Shown one piece after another: positions 1-8,202 of a stretch of DNA of 64,000 nucleotides. Within the stretch, counting starts at the first letter, position 1. Each line of letters begins with the position of its first letter. The notes under the pieces are model-generated. The model worked only from the letters and a program-made list of their open reading frames with translations. It had not been told where the DNA came from and did no database searches. The position numbers and the translations under genes were made by a program. The DNA comes from an uncultured Candidatus Rokubacteria bacterium (GTDB lineage Bacteria; Methylomirabilota; Methylomirabilia; Rokubacteriales; DASRDR01), in assembly GCA_963826115.1 (NCBI GenBank), contig CAWGVS010000001.1:32001-96000 (forward strand). The letters run 5' to 3'.

Positions 1-266
1 CGGACGACCTGCGCGTGCTCGCCGACGAACCGCCAGACCTCGGCGGGACTCAGGCCACGCCGCGTGACGAAGCGCATTCGCGGCTCCACGATGGCGGGGA
101 TCGACCGCCGGCCGAGCTCGTCGAGCAGCGGGCCCGGGGCCGCCGTCAGCACGACGGGGCGGAACCGGTCTCGGTCGAGCGCGTCCAGGAGCCCGAGCAG
201 GATCAGCTCGGCCCCGCCCAGCTGCGAGTAGAAGGCTCCGTAGAGGACCGTCGTCGCGCGCGTCAC
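1..266 (-). CDS. Glycosyltransferase family 4, N-terminal part (runs off window start)
   Basis: Manual translation from GTG at 266: VTRATTVLYGAFYSQLGGAELILLGLLDALDRDRFRPVVL..GPLLDEL, a typical GT4 N-terminal GGAE motif. Confidence 0.7.
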   Translation of the reverse strand, partial: MTRATTVLYGAFYSQLGGAELILLGLLDALDRDRFRPVVLTAAPGPLLDELGRRSIPAIVEPRMRFVTRRGLSPAEVWRFVGEHAQVV

Positions 267-406
267 CCCACGGCCGATCTGGCGCCGATCGGCGGCGCGC
301 GTCAAGCCCGCGGCGGCCCCGCGCCTTGAGCGGGCCGACGCGCCAGCGGACAATCACTCCCGGCGGCGCGGCGGGGCCTTCGCGCGCCGCCGGAGGCCCG
401 GCCGGC

Positions 407-1225
407 ATGGAGCGCGCTCCCGTGTACGTGAGTTTGACGACCCTCCCGAGCCGCATCGCGCGGCTCCGGCCCACCCTCGACTCGCTCCGGGCGCAGCGGC
501 TCGTGCCGGATCGCATCTTCGTCACGCTCCCGCTGCGGTCCGTCCGGGAGGATCGCGCGTACGACGTGCCGGCGTGGCTGGCCGCGCCACCCCCGGGCGT
601 GGAGCTCGTCCGCTGCGCGACGGACTCCGGGCCCGGCACCCGGCTCCTCGGCTGCCTCCCTCGCCTCGAGGCCGATGCCTGTCTCATCCTGGTGGACGAC
701 GACATGACCTACCAGCCGTTCCTCGTCGAGCGCCTGGCCGAGGCCCAGCTCACCCGGACCGACGCGGCGTTCAGCTTCCACGTCTTCAAGGTGGGGCGGT
801 TCGACTGCGGTCAGGCGGCCGACGGCTTCAGCGTCTGGACGCCCAACCTCGCGGGCGTCGAGGCGTTCGCGGCCCGCGTCCTCCGGAGTCGCCACCTCTT
901 CGTCGAGGACGACTACTGGCTCTCGGTGTTCCTCCGGAGCCGCGGGATTCCCCTGGTGAGCCTGGCGCCCACCTTGCCGCCGGGCACGCGCGTGTGGACG
1001 CCCACGTACACGGAGGGCCAGCTGAGCGCCCTGACCGGAGACCTCCGCCGGTCGAGGGTCCTTCGCGAGGGCACCCGCTTCCTGCTCGTCCGCGGACCCC
1101 TGCCCGCGCGCCATCGGTTCCTGTGCGCGGTGACGTACGCGGAGTGGATCCTCCGCGCGGCCGGGCATCGGCTGCGGCGGGCGTTCCGGCGACGGCTCCC
1201 GGGCGACGGGACCGGACGGCCATGA
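407..1225 (+). CDS. GT-A fold (GT2-like) glycosyltransferase
   Basis: VYVSLTTLPSRI, DSGPGT.L, ILVDDD and EDDYWLS motifs; start taken at ATG 407. Confidence 0.75.
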   Translation: MERAPVYVSLTTLPSRIARLRPTLDSLRAQRLVPDRIFVTLPLRSVREDRAYDVPAWLAAPPPGVELVRCATDSGPGTRLLGCLPRLEADACLILVDDDMTYQPFLVERLAEAQLTRTDAAFSFHVFKVGRFDCGQAADGFSVWTPNLAGVEAFAARVLRSRHLFVEDDYWLSVFLRSRGIPLVSLAPTLPPGTRVWTPTYTEGQLSALTGDLRRSRVLREGTRFLLVRGPLPARHRFLCAVTYAEWILRAAGHRLRRAFRRRLPGDGTGRP

Positions 1226-2295
1226 GCGGCGTCCGCGTCGTTCTCGCCGACGCGACGAGCCGCTACGACGGCCGGTCGATGGCCGCGCGCCCGCTCGGCG
1301 GCACCGAGACGTCCGTCATCCAGCTGGCGGAGGCCCTCGCGCGGCGCGGCCACGAGGTGACCTGCTGCACCCACGCCGACGGACGGCTCGTCCACAACGG
1401 CGTGACCTGGATTCCTCTGGGGGCCGGCGCGCCGGCGACGTGCGATGTCCTCCTCGCGGTCCAGCACCCGGAGCTACTCTCGGTGGTCCGCCGCCCGGCG
1501 CGACGGGCGCTCTGGGTCGTCTGGGTCCCCACCGGCTTCCGGCGTCCCGGCCGGCTGGCACGCATCTGGTGGCATCGTCCGCGCCCCGTGTTCGTCAGCG
1601 AGTTCCAGGCCCGGACCTATCCCCGCTGGCTCCCCGGCCCGTCGCCCCCGCTGGTCATGCCCTTCGGCCTGCCGGACGCCGTCCGGGGCCGCGGGCCGCT
1701 CGACGCCGCGCCGCCGCCCCGCGCGATCTTCGCGTCCAACCCACAGCGCGACCTCCGGTGGCTGATCGACCTCTGGGCGCGCGCGATCTTGCCCCGGGTG
1801 CCCGGAGCCGAGCTCCTGATCTACGGGATCCGCGACCAAGCGTACCGGTTCGGCGAGCCCTGGGACGAGACCGAGGCCCGGCTCGGTCAGTTCCTGCCGA
1901 CGGATCTCCCGGCCGCCGCCCGGGGGTCCCTTCGGCCGCACGCGCCGGCGGCCAGGGACGCGCTGTGGCACGCCATGCGGGGCGCCCGCGTCATGCTCTA
2001 CGGCGGGCACCCGACCGAGGCGTTCTGTCTGTCCGTCGCCGAGGCGCAGGCGCTCGGCGTCCCCGCGGTCGTGCGTCCGATCGCGGTGATGCCGGAGCGT
2101 GTGCGCGACGGGGCGACGGGCTTCCTCGCCGGCGACGCGGAGACGTTCGCGCGGCGCGCCGTCGACATCCTCACCGACGACGCGCTGTGGCGGCGCCAGC
2201 ACGCGGCGGCGCTCCAGCTCCAGCAGGGCTGGAGCTGGGACGAGATGGCGACCGACTTCGAGACCCGGGTGCTCCGCGCCGCGCCGCGCGCCTGA
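1222..2295 (+). CDS. Glycosyltransferase family 4
   Basis: PLGGTETS, FASNPQRDL, EAFCLSVAEAQALGVP (E-x7-E) motifs; ATGA overlap with upstream gene. Confidence 0.85.
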   Translation: MSGVRVVLADATSRYDGRSMAARPLGGTETSVIQLAEALARRGHEVTCCTHADGRLVHNGVTWIPLGAGAPATCDVLLAVQHPELLSVVRRPARRALWVVWVPTGFRRPGRLARIWWHRPRPVFVSEFQARTYPRWLPGPSPPLVMPFGLPDAVRGRGPLDAAPPPRAIFASNPQRDLRWLIDLWARAILPRVPGAELLIYGIRDQAYRFGEPWDETEARLGQFLPTDLPAAARGSLRPHAPAARDALWHAMRGARVMLYGGHPTEAFCLSVAEAQALGVPAVVRPIAVMPERVRDGATGFLAGDAETFARRAVDILTDDALWRRQHAAALQLQQGWSWDEMATDFETRVLRAAPRA

Positions 2296-2301
2296 CCCGG
2301 C

Positions 2302-2799
2302 CTACCCGGCGTAGACGCGCTGGAGCTTCCCGATGTCGAGCTTCTTCATCTGGAGCATCGCCTCCATGGCGCGCTTGGACTTCGCCGGATCGGGATCCAT
2401 CAGCATCCGGGTCAGGACCGTCGGCACGACTTGCCACGACAGGCCGAACTTGTCCTTGAGCCACCCGCACTGCTGGGCGTTCGGGTCGCCGCCAGCCGAG
2501 AGCTTGCTCCAGTAGTGGTCCACCTCCTCCTGGGTCTCGCAGTAGATCTGGAAGGAGATGGCCTCGCTGAACTTGAAGAGGGGCCCGCCGTTCAGCGCGG
2601 TGAACGGCTGCCCGTTTAGCTCGAAGCTCACGACCATGACCGAGCCCGGCGGCCGGCCGTGCACCTCCTGCCCCGCCTCCGAATAGTGGGAGATCTCCAG
2701 GATCTTGGAATTCTTGAAGATCCCGACATAGAAGCGGGCGGCCTCCTCGGCGCGGTCGTCGAACCAGAGGCACGGGGCGATCTTGTGGATCGAGGGCAT
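2302..2799 (-). CDS. VOC/PhnB-like protein (3-demethylubiquinone-9 3-methyltransferase-like family)
   Basis: IAPCLWFD, ALNGGP.F.FSEAISF, CGWLKDKFGLSWQVVP. Confidence 0.9.
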   Translation of the reverse strand: MPSIHKIAPCLWFDDRAEEAARFYVGIFKNSKILEISHYSEAGQEVHGRPPGSVMVVSFELNGQPFTALNGGPLFKFSEAISFQIYCETQEEVDHYWSKLSAGGDPNAQQCGWLKDKFGLSWQVVPTVLTRMLMDPDPAKSKRAMEAMLQMKKLDIGKLQRVYAG

Positions 2800-2985
2800 G
2801 AGGGTCCTCCTGGTCTCGTGGGTCGGGGACGTCCGTCCCCTTTCCCTCTAGTCGACCGCGGGGACCCCGGATCGACATCTCCGAGAGCGCCCTCGCCCGA
2901 CCGGGGAGTCAGGCCGCCGAGACGGTGCGGGCGGCGGACGTCATGGGCCCGATCCCCGGTAGTCCGGGAACGGGCGCGCCGGATG

Positions 2986-3543
2986 TTACGGGCTCACCTG
3001 CCGGACGAACAGGGCGGATCCGGCGAGCACCGAGCCCACGCCCGGCGGGCTCTCGGGCACCGCCAGGGTCCAGAGCATGGCGAGCTGCTCCTGGGCGCCG
3101 GCCGTCTGGTAGTGCCCGATCCACGTCCCGACGGACGGACAGGCGGACAGGCTGAGCGTCCAGGCGACCGCGTTGCCGTTCACCGTGCCGCCGAGCGGCC
3201 TCGGGGCCGGGGTCAGCGAGGTCGCCAGGCCGCAGGGGAAGCCCGGCGCGAACGTGCCCGTGAGCGTGCCCGTCGTCGGGTCGATCGTGAGATCGGCGAT
3301 CGAGCCGTCCTGGCTCCGCCACGTCGACCGGCCCGCCGGGATCGTCTGAGCGGGGCTGGCGGGCGCGACCACCGGGCTGGGGGCCGGCACCGGGAACGGC
3401 GCGGGCGCCGCAGGGGTGGCGCTGGGCGTCGTGGGAGTTGCCGGCGCCGGAGTCGGGCCCGTGGTCGGCGGAGACTGGGCGATGGTGAGGCCCGCCATCG
3501 CGAGCACGACGGCGATGGTGACGAGGCGAAGTGCGCGGCTCAT
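2986..3543 (-). CDS. Secreted avidin/streptavidin-family protein (rhizavidin-like, divergent)
   Basis: Signal peptide, Pro/Thr linker, then WRSQDGS..GTLTGTF..C..PLGGTVNG..AWT..CPSVGTWIG..LWTL..GSALF matching the avidin strand pattern. Confidence 0.7.
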   Translation of the reverse strand: MSRALRLVTIAVVLAMAGLTIAQSPPTTGPTPAPATPTTPSATPAAPAPFPVPAPSPVVAPASPAQTIPAGRSTWRSQDGSIADLTIDPTTGTLTGTFAPGFPCGLATSLTPAPRPLGGTVNGNAVAWTLSLSACPSVGTWIGHYQTAGAQEQLAMLWTLAVPESPPGVGSVLAGSALFVRQVSP

Positions 3544-3703
3544 GAGGGACCTCCCTCGAGAGATTGGCGCGGCGCCTCCGCGTGGCGCCACACTCCCGAG
3601 TCTAGGAGTCGCCTCCCGGCCGCGTCAAATTTCTGGTGCGTCGACGGCGTCGCGCCGCCGATCGGCCCGTCGCGCTTCCCGCATCCGGGACGAGCCCGGG
3701 AGC

Positions 3704-4504
3704 CTAGCCCGCCGGCCAGCGCGCGGCGCGCTTCTCGGCGAAGGAGGCGAGACCCTCGCCGGCCTCCGCCGACTGGCGCTTGGCGGCGTGGCTCTCGACC
3801 AGGGCGGCGAAGGTCGCGTCGTCGAGGTCGCTCCAGGCCGAGCGCAGGATCCAGGCCTTGGTCTCGGCGATGGCCTCGGGGCCGTTCTGGAGGAGGTGGT
3901 CGACGATCCGCGCCCCTTCCCGCTCGAGGTCCGCGAGCGGCACCACCACGTGCGCGAGCCCGAGGCGGCGCGCCTCTTCGGCGCCGAAGCGCTCACCGGT
4001 CAGGGCGTAGCGGCGCAGCTGCCGCACGCCGATGGCATCGGCGAGCAGCGGGACGATCGGCGCCGCGGTGAGCCCCCAGCGCGCCTCGGCGATCGAGAAC
4101 AGCGCGTTGTCCGCCGCCACCACGACGTCCGAGGCCGCGGCGATGCCGGTCCCGCCGCCGAAGCAGGCCCCCTGCACGAGCGCGATGGTCGGGACCGGCG
4201 CCGCGTTGAGCCGCTGCATCGCCCAGGCGGTCGCGCGCGACACGCGGAGGTTCTCTTCGCGGGACGCCCGGCGTACGGCGCCGATCCACGTGAGGTCCGC
4301 GCCCGCCTGGAAGTGCCGGCCGTTCCCCTTGACCACCACGGCGCGCAGGCCGCGCGCCCGCTCGAGCGCGTCGAGGGCCGCCAGGATCCCCTCGATCAGG
4401 GCGCCGTCGTAGGCGTTGTTCACCTCGGGTCGGTTGAGCGTGACGGTCGCGACGCCGCGCGCGTCGATCTCCCAGAGCACCGGGCCGGCCGCTGGCGTGG
4501 TCAT
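3704..4504 (-). CDS. Enoyl-CoA hydratase/isomerase (methylglutaconyl-CoA hydratase-like)
   Basis: VATVTLNRPEVNNA, FQAGADL, GACFGGG, FSIAEARWGL crotonase motifs. Confidence 0.9.
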   Translation of the reverse strand: MTTPAAGPVLWEIDARGVATVTLNRPEVNNAYDGALIEGILAALDALERARGLRAVVVKGNGRHFQAGADLTWIGAVRRASREENLRVSRATAWAMQRLNAAPVPTIALVQGACFGGGTGIAAASDVVVAADNALFSIAEARWGLTAAPIVPLLADAIGVRQLRRYALTGERFGAEEARRLGLAHVVVPLADLEREGARIVDHLLQNGPEAIAETKAWILRSAWSDLDDATFAALVESHAAKRQSAEAGEGLASFAEKRAARWPAG

Positions 4505-4506
4505 GG

Positions 4507-5103
4507 TCAGCGATCCAAGGGGTTGGCAGCCACCCGCGCGGCGAAGCCGCGGCCGACGAACGTCGCCGCCAGGCTGTCCGGCTTCCGTCGCGCCTGGTCC
4601 TGGAAGCACGCGACGAACTCCCGGGCGAGCCCGAGCCGCGGGTAGCGCGCGAGCACGTCGGCGCGGAGGTCCGCGGGAATGTCCTCGGTCCGCCGGCCCG
4701 AGATGTCCATGCCCGTCGACAGCTCGAGAAGATGTCCCTCCGGGTCCTCGGCGACGTCCACCGCGTCCCACATGTGGCGGACGATCACCTCCGCCACACG
4801 CCGGCGGCGCGGCACGGGCCAGCCGGCGCCCGCGGCGAAGACCCAGGCGACGTGCCCGCCCGCCTCCTCGAACGCCACCGTGTGGCTGTCGAACTCCCTC
4901 ACGAGGCCCACGTCGTGGAGCATCGCCGCGACGTAGAGGAGCTCCGCGTCGAAGGCGATCCCCTTCGTGGGAGCGTACCCGGCGGCCCACAGGTAGGCGC
5001 GCACGGAATGGTTCAGGAGGGCAGGCGAGCAGTACGCCGTCGCCGCCTCGAGCGCGTGCCGGCAGGTCGCGGTGTCGGGGATGTGGAGGTCGTCGAGGCG
5101 CAT
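4507..5103 (-). CDS. HD-domain protein (cyanamide hydratase-like)
   Basis: NHSVRAY, AMLHDVGL, FEEAGG, YPRLG motifs. Confidence 0.85.
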   Translation of the reverse strand: MRLDDLHIPDTATCRHALEAATAYCSPALLNHSVRAYLWAAGYAPTKGIAFDAELLYVAAMLHDVGLVREFDSHTVAFEEAGGHVAWVFAAGAGWPVPRRRRVAEVIVRHMWDAVDVAEDPEGHLLELSTGMDISGRRTEDIPADLRADVLARYPRLGLAREFVACFQDQARRKPDSLAATFVGRGFAARVAANPLDR

Positions 5104-5239
5104 GGCTTCTCCTGGGAGGTCGGGGTTGTGTGGGTCACCCTCTGCTCTCCGGATGCTATGCCGGACGGCGGCGCCGGATCAACGAGGGTCGCCCCCGCGG
5201 CACGGCGATCCGTCCCAATGTTGGTACCCTGGGGCCGAG

Positions 5240-6346
5240 ATGAAGGTCCTGGTGGTCGGCGCGGGGCCCGCCGGGCTGTACCTCGCCTACCTGCTCAAGC
5301 GGAGCGACCCGGGCTGCGCGGTGCGCGTCGTCGAGCAGAACGCGGCGGACTCGACGTTCGGCTTCGGCGTGGTGTTCTCGGACCGGGCCCTCGAGTTCCT
5401 GCGCGCCGGCGACGCCGAGACCTACGACGCCATCGTCCCGCGGATGGAGGTCTGGAGCGACCTGACCGTGGTCCACCGCGGCACGCCGGTAGTGATCGAC
5501 GGCATCGGCTTCGCCGCGATCGGCCGCCTGGCCTTCCTCGGGCTCCTGCAGCAGCGCCTGGCGAGCGTGGGGATCCGGCCGGAGTTCGAGCGACGCGTCG
5601 AGAGCCCGCGCGAGCTCGACGGCCACGACCTCGTCGTCGCGGCCGACGGCGCCAACTCCTACGTCCGCTCGACGGCCGACTTCGGCACCACCGTCCGGAC
5701 GCTCGGCAACCGGTTCGCCTGGTTCGGCACGACCAGGGTCTTCCCGACGCTCACGCAGACGTTCGTCGAGAACGAGGACGGGGCCTTCAACGCGCACCAC
5801 TACCGCCACGCGCCGGGGATGAGCACTTTCGTCCTCGAATGCGACCCGGCGACCTGGCAGCGCGCCGGCTTCGCCGCGATGAGCGAGGCGGCGACGCTCG
5901 CCTACGGCGAGCGCGTGTTCGCGGAGACGCTGGACGGGCACCGGCTCGTCTCGAACCGGTCCGTGTGGCGCAACTTCCCGAACGTCAGAAACGCGCGCTG
6001 GTCGGCGGGCCACCTCGTGCTGATCGGCGACGCCCTGCGCACGGCGCACTTCTCCATCGGATCGGGCACGCGGCTTGCCATGGAGGACGCCATCGCGCTG
6101 GCGCGCGCGCTCGCCGAGCACGGCCAGGCGATCCCCGAGGCGCTGGCGGCGTTCGAGGCCGGGCGCCGGCCGGTCGTCGAGAAGCTCGTGGCGGCGGCCG
6201 ACGCGAGCGGCGACTGGTACGACCGCTTCCCCGAGCACATGAAGCTCGCGCCCCGCGAGCTCGCCTGGAGCTACGTCCAACGCAGCGGCCGGATCGACCC
6301 CGCCCGGCTCCGGACCATCTCCCCGAAGTTCGTCGACGCCGGCTAG
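5240..6346 (+). CDS. FAD-dependent monooxygenase (salicylyl-CoA 5-hydroxylase N-terminal-like)
   Basis: GAGPAG, TFGFGVVFS, ADGANS, IGDALRTAHFSIGSGTRLAMEDA. Confidence 0.9.
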   Translation: MKVLVVGAGPAGLYLAYLLKRSDPGCAVRVVEQNAADSTFGFGVVFSDRALEFLRAGDAETYDAIVPRMEVWSDLTVVHRGTPVVIDGIGFAAIGRLAFLGLLQQRLASVGIRPEFERRVESPRELDGHDLVVAADGANSYVRSTADFGTTVRTLGNRFAWFGTTRVFPTLTQTFVENEDGAFNAHHYRHAPGMSTFVLECDPATWQRAGFAAMSEAATLAYGERVFAETLDGHRLVSNRSVWRNFPNVRNARWSAGHLVLIGDALRTAHFSIGSGTRLAMEDAIALARALAEHGQAIPEALAAFEAGRRPVVEKLVAAADASGDWYDRFPEHMKLAPRELAWSYVQRSGRIDPARLRTISPKFVDAG

Positions 6347-6394
6347 CGTCCTGCGAGCCGGCGCCTGCGGCCCCGGCGCGCCGGGGCCGGCCAG

Positions 6395-7093
6395 CTAGCC
6401 GGGCGGCCCCGCCAGCCTCAGGTCCTCGACCAGCGCGCGGACCCGCGTCATGAACCGGGGCCCCGGGTCACCCTTGGCCGCGCGATACGCCGGGTCGCGC
6501 TCGACGTAGTAGGGGTGGCCCCGAAGCGCTTCCGCCTCGAAATGCCCGATCAGGTGCGTGATCGGAAATCGGGCCGACAGGTCGCGGACCAGCCGGGCGT
6601 TCGCGACGACCTGCGCGTGGGTCAGCGCGAGGTCCGCTATGCCGCCGACGTTCTCGATCCCGATCGCGAGGTGGTTGAGGCCGATGCAATGCCGGGCGAA
6701 CCGCGTCTCGGGCTGCAGCCGATGGATCGCACCGTCCCGGTCGACCACGAAGTGCGCCGAGACGTTGACCGCACCGGCGCGGGCCAGCCCGACGCGCTGC
6801 TCCTCGGCGCGCTCGGCGTCGAAGTAGTCGTGCGTGGCCTTCGCCGACAGGCTGCCGGTGTGGTGCAGCACGATCACGCGCGGCGCGATCGCGAGGTCGG
6901 CCGCGGCGGGGTCGCTGTGCGTGCGACGGTACTCGAGGGTGAGTCGCTCGCGCTCCCGGCTCCACGCGAGGGGCGCGTCGACGATGTCCGGCGGGAGCGC
7001 GGCGCTCGGCTCACGCTGGCCCGGGACGGCATCGCCGAGGCTCGCCCACCGCCTGACGACGCCCCGGATCACTCCGCGCAGCGCGGCGAGCAC
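6395..7093 (-). CDS. N-acetylmuramoyl-L-alanine amidase (Amidase_2)
   Basis: IVLHHT, VSAHFVVDRDG, ARHCIGLN..IGIEN, LIGH, KGDPG zinc-amidase motifs. Confidence 0.85.
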   Translation of the reverse strand: MLAALRGVIRGVVRRWASLGDAVPGQREPSAALPPDIVDAPLAWSRERERLTLEYRRTHSDPAAADLAIAPRVIVLHHTGSLSAKATHDYFDAERAEEQRVGLARAGAVNVSAHFVVDRDGAIHRLQPETRFARHCIGLNHLAIGIENVGGIADLALTHAQVVANARLVRDLSARFPITHLIGHFEAEALRGHPYYVERDPAYRAAKGDPGPRFMTRVRALVEDLRLAGPPG

Positions 7094-7191
7094 GGCCAGT
7101 CAGCCCTCGGTGGTCACGCGCGAGATGCTCGGTGGGAAGGCCGTGCTCGCGCGCCGCACCCCGAGCGGTCCCGGATCGCCAACGGACATGC

Positions 7192-8202
7192 TCACCGAAT
7201 CTCGGCGACCCGCACGCGCCGGGCCGTCTTCGCCAGCCAGCCGGACAGTGCGACTCCGTCCCAGGGATGCCGCCGGCGACGCTCCAGCCGGGGAATCGAC
7301 GCCGGCCAGACCGCCGACCCGATGATCGCGCCCGTCAGCGTCCACCCGCGCCGCTGACGGGCGAGGTCGCGAAACCATCCGGCCCGCTGGCGGGCGAGAC
7401 GCGCCATGGCGCGCCACCGCGAGGGCCCCGACTGGTAGACCAGGCTCGTGTTCGAGACGGTCCACATCCGGATCCGGCGCAGCGATTCCCTCCGGCCGAA
7501 CTCGCGCGCGTGAACGAATACGGCGTCCGGCGAGACCACGAGCTTCCACCCGCGAGTCCGGGCGCGACGTGAGAGATCGACGTCCTCGCAGTACATGAAG
7601 AAGCCGGGATCGAAGCCGCCGATGTCGAGAAACCATTCGCGCCGGAACAACATGGCAGTCCCGGGAAGCCAGGCCGCGGGAATCGCGGGCAGGATCGGCG
7701 GCGCGGCGGGGATCGCCGTCGACACGACCCGCGCGCCGGCCATGAACACCTGGCCATCCCGGTCGAGCGCGCGCGCCAGGCGCGCGACGGTCTCCGGCCG
7801 GGTGACGCCGTCCGGATTGAAGACGCCGACGTAGGGCGCCGCCGCGTGCGCGACGCCGAGATTCACGCCGGCCGCGAAGCCGAGGTTTCGCGAGGACGAG
7901 ACGGCGACCGGACGGGCGGCCGGAAACGCGCGCGCGACCTCGGCCTGCGCGGTCCGGGCGGTGTCCGGCGGCGACGCGTTCTGGACAAGCACGATCCGGC
8001 CGGCCCAGTCCGGCCCCATCGAGACGGCGAGCGCGCGCACCGAGCGCGCCACGACGGACGGGGCGTCGCGATGAACCAGCACGACGAGATCGACGCGATC
8101 CAGGAGCCCGCGGTGGGGCTCGGTCCGTCCGTCACGCTCGGCGACGGGCGCCGATGTCACGGAGCCCTCGACGGCGCCGGCGCCGGGCCGGTCCTCAGGC
8201 AT
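7192..8202 (-). CDS. Glycosyltransferase family 2
   Basis: NLGFAAGVN, VFNPD, GGFDPGFFMYCEDVDLS. Confidence 0.85.
   Translation of the reverse strand: MPEDRPGAGAVEGSVTSAPVAERDGRTEPHRGLLDRVDLVVLVHRDAPSVVARSVRALAVSMGPDWAGRIVLVQNASPPDTARTAQAEVARAFPAARPVAVSSSRNLGFAAGVNLGVAHAAAPYVGVFNPDGVTRPETVARLARALDRDGQVFMAGARVVSTAIPAAPPILPAIPAAWLPGTAMLFRREWFLDIGGFDPGFFMYCEDVDLSRRARTRGWKLVVSPDAVFVHAREFGRRESLRRIRMWTVSNTSLVYQSGPSRWRAMARLARQRAGWFRDLARQRRGWTLTGAIIGSAVWPASIPRLERRRRHPWDGVALSGWLAKTARRVRVAEIR

Noticed and set aside
2986-4504. Functional link between avidin-like gene and adjacent crotonase via biotin-dependent carboxylation
   Set aside because: No carboxylase genes nearby, and the avidin-like protein is exported and lacks biotin-binding residues
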